A stretch of 64,000 nt of DNA from the human T2T-CHM13v2.0 reference genome, Homo sapiens. How positions within the stretch are numbered: position 1 is the first letter of the stretch; every line of letters begins with the position of its first letter. Both the position numbers and the translations under genes were made by a program. The notes under the pieces are model-generated. The model worked only from the letters and a program-made list of their open reading frames with translations. It was not told the origin of the DNA and made no database searches. Shown piece after piece: positions 56,926-64,000 of the stretch. Location: the NCBI RefSeq assembly GCF_009914755.1, contig NC_060942.1; one strand, given 5' to 3'.

Positions 56926-57946
56926 CTGTTGAAGTCATCTACTCAACTCTTCCTATCCAACTCAAGAAGACAATAATAAGCCCCTGTATTTTCTTGCTGT
57001 GTGGGTTACATCTACTTAGGCACTGTCTGTTTAAGTAAACCTTTCCTGATTCTGTCACTCCCACCCAAATTGGGATTAGGTGCTCTTCTTACATAAAGTC
57101 TCTCTACTCTGATTGGTTATCTCCAGTTGACTTGCAAGTTTTCTTTCCTAGACCATAAGCTCTTTGTGTTCAAAGAGTGTATTTCCTAGTGACTGGAATT
57201 ATGCCTCCCACACACAAGAAACCAAATAAATATTTAAAAATAAAAAATAATAGGATTAGTTATTGCGAGGTATTTGTCCAGACCAGACTAGACATTTTGA
57301 TAGTCATTCTTGCCTACCAAAGAATGACTGGGCCACTTTGAGTCTCTCTGTCTGGAATGCTCTCCCCCAGCTAGCATGTGATGAGCTCATTCTCATCTAC
57401 CATGAATCAGCCTCAACCTTGTCTCTTCAAAGAGGTTCTCCTGGCCACCCAATTTAAAGTAGTCCCCATGGTTCCCATCATTTTTTCTGCCAGTCCCTTT
57501 TTTTTCTTCTTAAAAGTTATTAGAAGCTAATACTTTATTTTTGGTTTTTGTCTCTTTGTCTGTCTTCCCCATTGGAATGGACCCTTCATTAGGGCAGTGC
57601 CATATCCATTTTAACACATTGTATCTCCATCCAGCAGCACTCAGCAGACAGATTTTGTTTCTTTTGTTGATGTTGTGGTTTCACTGCAAGATAATAATAA
57701 TAATAATAATAATAACAGATTATTTCTCTTCTTTTCTTTTTAGGAAAGATTAATAAACTTTTGTATTCTGAGTTTGGAAATTCTTGCCCAAGAATAGTTA
57801 CAGAATTTTTTTTCAGAACAAAGAGAAATAAACATCAAGAGAGGAAAAAGGAGGAAAAGGGGACATTGCCAAGCTCCTGGAATAATGCTCCCACCTGGCA
57901 TAATGACTAAAGTCAAACACACCTGAGTTTAAATGCTGAGTCTGCC

Positions 57947-58308
57947 TGATATGGTTTGGCTGTGTCCCCACCCAAATCACATCTTGAATTGTAACTCCCA
58001 CAATTCTCACATGTTGTGGAAGGAACCTGGTGGGAGACGATTGAATTATGGGGGCAGGTCTTTTCTGCACTCTTCTCGTGATAGTGAATGAATCTCACAA
58101 GATCTGATGGTTTTAAAAAAACGGGAGTTTCCCTGCACAAGCTCTCTCTTTGCCTTCCGCCATCCATGTAAGACTTGACTTGCTCCTCCTTGCCTCCACC
58201 ATGATTGTGAGGCCTCCCCAGCCCTGTGGAACTGTAAGTCCATTAAACCTCTTTTTCTTCCCAGTCTCAGGTATGTCTTTATCAGCAACGTGAAAACGGG
58301 CTAATACA
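57947..58308 (+). mobile_element. THE1 (MaLR) solo LTR
   Basis: TGATATGGTTTGGCTGTGTCCCCACCCAAATC...CTAATACA; near-perfect TSD CTGCC/CTTCC. Confidence 0.92.
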
Positions 58309-58355
58309 CTTCCTCTTACCATTATGTACTTTGAGTATATTTTAAAAATTTCTCA

Positions 58356-58605
<250 letters not shown>

Positions 58606-59437
58606 CTTATCTGTCTTCTCTGCAAATCAGTTACGTAATCTGTGAAATTTGGCTGTCAATTCTGTTAAATACAAAAATACTTTTTTTGTTTCAAAGTAGG
58701 TACATGGATAATATTTTGTAAACTTGAAAATATTTGAAATTGAATTTCTATTGACTTCATACAAGGTAGACAATTTTTAGGGTATAATAGGCTTGGAACA
58801 TAGCTCTTATTGATTTTTTTCCTCAAAATCATTTTGTTTTAGTTTGTTTTATTATTTATTTTTTTCCTGAACTCTTTTAAGATTTTTTTCATCCTGGAGT
58901 AGAAAAATTTTGCCAGTATATCTCTACATGTATTTATTTTGTATTTATTTTGCTTGGAAGAGAGGCAGCTTCATCGAACTTTATCTATTGTAACTTTTGC
59001 AGCTGTGTTCTTTATCCCTTTTTAAATTTACTTTTTACCTATGTAAAAGTAGTGTGTAAATATCAAATACACTGATTTACAAAAATATATCAGTGTATTG
59101 TCTCTGCTCCCAAATCCCAATTCTCTTTTACCTTAGAAACAACTACATTCAACTCCTTTAACTATTTCTTCTGCTATTTGCCACCATATTACTAAATAAT
59201 GTGTTGTAAATAAGTTGTTATTTTCTAAATTTGAACAATTACTTATTGACTTTGGACTATAGAAAATATCTAGGTCTCTTACAACTCCTCCCCCACCCCA
59301 ATCAATAGTTATCTCTCACCCAACTTTCTTCACAAATTTTTGATCAAATCAACATTTGCTTTCTCCATTATCATGGCTATCAGCGAGGTCAGATGTATCA
59401 AGTAATTGCTCAATTCCATTTATATATTGCAGACACT

Positions 59438-59723
59438 TATTTATTTATTTATTTATTTATTTACTGAGATGGAGTTTCACTCTTGTCACCCAGGCTGGAG
59501 TACAATGGTGCAATCTCGGCTCTCTGCAGCCTCTACCTCCCGAGTTAAAGCAATTCTCCTGCCGCAGCCTCTCGAGTAGCTAGGATTACAGGTGCCCGCC
59601 ACCACACCCAGCTAATTTTTGTGTGTGTGTGTGTGTATGTTTTGTAGAGACAGGGTGTCACCATGTTGGCCAGGCTGGTCTCGAACTCCTGACCTCAAGT
59701 GATCCACCTGCCTCATCTTCCCA
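59438..59723 (-). mobile_element. Alu (AluS-like) with (TG)n in the linker; 5' end truncated
   Basis: (TTTA)n tail, gagatggagtttcactcttg through gatccacctgcctc. Confidence 0.9.
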
Positions 59724-59899
59724 CGGCAGGCATTCTTTCTGAGTATCTCCTTCCTCCTCACCAAGCTGGACTTGTGGAGCTCTAGACCTTCAGCACAGCT
59801 GATATCCTGAGACTTCTCTTTAACCTTATCTTGGGAATTTCCTTTGTCACTTTTGTTTGTCTCTCTTTTTGTTTTGTTTTATTCTTTCTGTAACCTCTG

Positions 59900-61320
59900 A
59901 TGCCCCGGTAGTAATGACCATATCTAGAACCCAGGTCTTCTTTTCTAAATAAAATTCTTCATAAAAGATTCCAAAAATCCTTGGGAAATGATTTATTGTA
60001 TGTCTGGTACAGGAAAAAATACATGATAAGCCTAAATCATGTCATCATATCAAAAATAAGGAAATGCTTATTTCCTTATTTCTTTTCCTTATCCTTATTC
60101 TGCTATTTATTTTCCTTATTCTTGTCCTGTCACTTGTCTCCTCCACACCATAGCAGTTTCTTAGTCTTTCTTTTTCATGGTTTTGACACTTTGAAAATGA
60201 AAGGAAAGGAAGAACAGGGAAAAAGAAAAGAAATAGCAGCATACCAAAGGTCACATGAATCAACTGGAAAGAGCTCCTAATGGCCACAGCTAGAATTTGA
60301 GCAGCAAAATAATTACATGTTCTTGGACTATAACATAAAGAACAAAATAAGCATTAAAGACCCATGCTTATATAAACAACCAGATAAATACATGAGAGTA
60401 AGTAGGAAATTCCTCTTTACAGGTGGACTTCAATTAAATAAATGTAAAAGGAATTAGGAAAATAGGCAATAACCTTTAGAATGCCAAAATAGTAATTGCC
60501 CCAGACAAGACCCACCGATGGATGATAAAATGTGTGAACAATAGCTTAAGCATAAATAATATATTTGAATTGCCTCAAAGCATCTCCTCCAAAATATTAT
60601 TAATAATTATAAGAGGAAGAAACATGGCCTTATAGTGGAGAATTCTTTCAGAGACCACCTTAATCACATAATCAAGGTGACCAATAAGAATCACATGATC
60701 AATAATGCACACCAACATCTTGTACCCTTCGATGTGGTATACTGAGAAGGAAATATCACTGCTGTGATATCTTCCCCAAAGGCAGAAGCTAAATCTAATC
60801 ATAAAAAACATCAGACAAACCCAAATTGAGAAGCATTCTACAAAATAATTGCGCAGCACTCTTTCTTTTTAAATTTTTAGTTAGAGGGATTACATGTGCA
60901 GGTTTTTTTACATAGATATATTGTGTAATGCTGGGATTTAGGCTTCTATTAAACCCATCACCCAAATAGTGAACCTAACAACCAGTAGTCTTCAAAATGT
61001 CAAATCCATGAAAAAGAAAGACTAAGAAACTGCTGTGGTGTGGAGGAGACAAGTAGACAGGAAAATTAAATGCAACAGAGTGTCTTGGATTGGAAACTGG
61101 AAGAAGAAAATTGGTGGAAAAATTGGTGAATACCCCCCCACCAATTCTATAGTTTAGTTAATATTATCATACCAAGATAAATTTCTTAAATATATTATAG
61201 GTCTATAGTTATACAGTTATTAATGTTAGGGGAAGTTGGATGCAAGGTGTATGGGAACTCTACTCTGCACAATTCTTCTGTAAGTCTAAATTTATCTCAC
61301 AATAAAAAATTTCAAAAATC
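59900..61320 (+). mobile_element. Old L1 (L1MC/MD-type) 3' region, with a short reverse L1P-type fragment at about 60865-60985
   Basis: Terminal motif ggggaagttggatgcaaggtgtatgggaactc...ttctgtaagtctaaa...aataaaaaattt; 5' boundary uncertain. Confidence 0.7.
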
Positions 61321-63215
61321 AAAGATAAAGCTTACAAATATAGATACTATTGTCTTGCAGTTTTTGAATTGTTAGTACACAAGCCAAATAGTCCAGAAAT
61401 GTTGATGTCTTCAGCAAATATTCATAGATGATCCTTAAAAAGTAAGTACACTTCACAACAAATGCCTTCCTGATGTAAGTTTAGAAGGGTTTGTTTCATT
61501 TTTGCCTCTTCCTTTGTGGGAGAGAGAATATTTTATTAAAAATCATTTGCCTTCCTTTCATTTTATTGAGGCTATTAAATGTAAACTCTAGCTTTAACTT
61601 GATGAGCTAGTAAAATCATCAATAGAGTTAAACAATATTCTTGGGATGCTTATTTATGTTACATAATCAATTCAATAAAGTAGCCTCTGGGTTTGTTGGG
61701 AGAATTTTCTTTTAAAATATGCTTCTTACTCTTATAAGCTAGAAGTCTATTAAAGATGAAATAAATAGTATAAGCTATAAATCTCCAATTATTCTCCAAT
61801 GCACAATATGATGTTCTTATTTAGGTTCTCTTTATAATTGATGCTGGAATATTTAAAATACTGTAATATCAAAATTGCATTTTATGAATAATCATTTAAT
61901 GAGAACCTATTGTCACTTCAATCCTGTGTGGTTACTGGTGTATGAAAAGAAAATGGCAAAAGGCCCTCTGTGTGAGCAGGAGGCAAGATGCACTCTTGAT
62001 ACCTCTGTGAAGTCTGTCAGGAACCATGAAGATCTGGGAGAGAGGTGGGAGAAGGCAAGGTTGAGAGACCTGAAATCTCTTAAGAACATAAGCCATGTCT
62101 GATGCATTGTGATTTTCTTTCCCAGAAGACTTTGAGCTCTCTAAGAGTAAGAAATCATGTGTGTATATATATATATGTTCACAATTCTAGCACTTCATTA
62201 TTCATAGTAAGACTTCAAAAAGATCCTTTGGTTAACTGGTTTTGAACTGAAATAATTTGACAAAAATTACTTTGTGTGATATGAAGGAAATATAGAACCA
62301 TCCAAAACTGCTAAGCAAGGAATCAATATCAGATTTGCATGTTTAAAAGTTTAGAAGGCCTTGCAGTAGTTCAGTTTAGAAGTTTAGTAGGTCTTGCAGT
62401 TGTTCAGCCTAAAGAAGAGGCATCATAAATAAAGCAGTATCAACAGGAGAAGGGAACAGGAGGAAAGGAAGAGTCAAGGATGACTCTTGCATAATTTTGG
62501 CTTAACTATTACTTCCGGAGACAGTACAGTGACATGAGTGCGTTCAGTTATGGAAGATGACATGGTCAGTTCACCCAAGTCACATAATACATAAGAAGTC
62601 AAAACTGCATCTGGAATTTAGGACTGAAGGCTTACATAGAAATATAGATGTGGGAACCACTTACATTAAAGTTGAAGTGGTTGAAGACAGTTACACAGAT
62701 GAACTCAATCACAGAGACTGTTTAGAATGAGAGAAAAGTACCACAAGGGAACAGAAAAAGAATATAGAGGTTAAAGAGTTTGACGGAGAGAGCAGAGACA
62801 TATGAATCTGAGAAGCATTTGGGTAGGAGTAAAGGAATAATGTCTCCCAAAGGGAGAACGAGCTTCAAGAAGCAGTAGTGGCCACTATAGTCATTAGGAT
62901 TCCTGGATCAGACAAGAGGAATGGACATCAGCTCATATGACAGAAAAGAAACTTACTGAAATAATCCTAGGTACATCACAGAATCAACAGAAAGCTGATG
63001 AACCAAGCACAGAACACTGAGAGGAGCCAGGGAGACATCGTAATAAGAAAGCACAGTGAAGAGTCTGTCACAGGGTCCCTCTATCTAGGATGCAACCATT
63101 GGCCACACCACTACAGATGCTCGGCATCACCTCTTGTAGGTCCTCGAAACCCAGGCCTGGTACAGCCTTGAATATCATCTCACCTGACCCTCAGCCTTTG
63201 TTTCCCCTGTTCAAG

Positions 63216-63646
63216 TGATATGGTTTGGATGTTTTGTCCCCTCTAAATCTCATGTTGAAATGTGATTTCCAATGTTGGAGGTGGACCTAGTGCAAGGTGT
63301 TTGGGTCATGGGAGTGTGGATTCCCCATGAATGCCTTGGTGTCCTCGTGGTAATAAGTGAGTTCTCATTCTATGAGTTCACGTGACATCTAGTTGTTTAA
63401 AAGAGTGTAACCCCCTCCCGCTATCTTCCCCTCTTGCTCCCTCTCTCTTAATTCCTCTTTCACTATGAGGTACACTAGCTCCCTGCTTTTGCCTTCTGCC
63501 TTGATTAGGAGCTTCCTGGTACCTGCGGATGTTGGTACCATGCTTTTCATACAGCCTGCAGAGCTGTGAGCCTAAATGAACCTCTTTCCTTTATAAATTA
63601 CCCAGACTCAGGCATTCCTTTATAGCAATGCAAATGAACTAATACA
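63216..63646 (+). mobile_element. MST-type MaLR solo LTR
   Basis: TGATATGGTTTGGATG...ACTAATACA; perfect 5-bp TSD TCAAG. Confidence 0.92.
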
Positions 63647-63756
63647 TCAAGTATCAAATCTAACAGAAATCAAACAGTTTAACACAGTGATGCAAATTAA
63701 TGGTGACCATGTACAAAAAGAAAAGACTTTTTAAATTTTTCTAATGTTGGCTGTAG

Positions 63757-64000
63757 TTTTTAGTTTTATTTATTTATATATTTTAACTTTTCTTTTAGAT
63801 TCAAGAGGTACATGTGCAGGTTTGTTACCTGGGTATATTGCATGATGCTGAGGTTTGAGGTACAAATATTCCCATCTCCCAGATACTGAGTATAGCACCC
63901 AATGGTTAGTTTTTCAACCCTTGCCCCTCTTCCTTCCTACCCCTCTACTAGTTCTCGGTTTCTGTTGTTGCCATCTTTATGTCCATGACTACCCAAAGTT
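63757..64000 (-). mobile_element. L1PA/PB 3' end, running off the window
   Basis: tttagattcaagaggtacatgtgcaggtttgttacctgggtatattgcatgatgctgagg. Confidence 0.87.

Noticed and set aside
62345-62410. Short local direct repeats (also 25117-25140, 37891-37920, 52684-52703, 55093-55133, 56611-56630)
   Set aside because: Two-copy micro-duplications typical of replication slippage, with no array structure.

Overview
AT-rich, repeat-dense primate (almost certainly human) genomic DNA. It contains the complete desmocollin-1 gene (DSC1, desmosomal cadherin) on the minus strand. I traced 17 coding exons with GT-AG boundaries from the ATG at 43199 to the stop at 10839. They join in frame to an 894-aa 'a' isoform, or to an 840-aa 'b' isoform when the 46-nt stop-containing mini-exon at 11118-11163 is included. 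The flanks (about 9.5 kb downstream, 20 kb upstream) show no other credible protein-coding gene. They hold Alu, L1, MaLR solo LTRs, hAT and Tigger DNA transposons and microsatellites. Nearly all ORF-track entries outside DSC1 exons are repeat-derived or random. I see no evidence for a wholly new biological system. The most unusual items are a snaR-ancestor-like (ASR/CAS) Pol III element nested with two Alus, a ~940-bp CAC/CAT repeat with higher-order structure in intron 5, a young AluYb next to exon 2, an abortive 6-nt Alu insertion, and several splicing and polyadenylation features of DSC1. Repeat subfamily calls come from recalled consensus sequences, and repeat boundaries are approximate unless a TSD is given.
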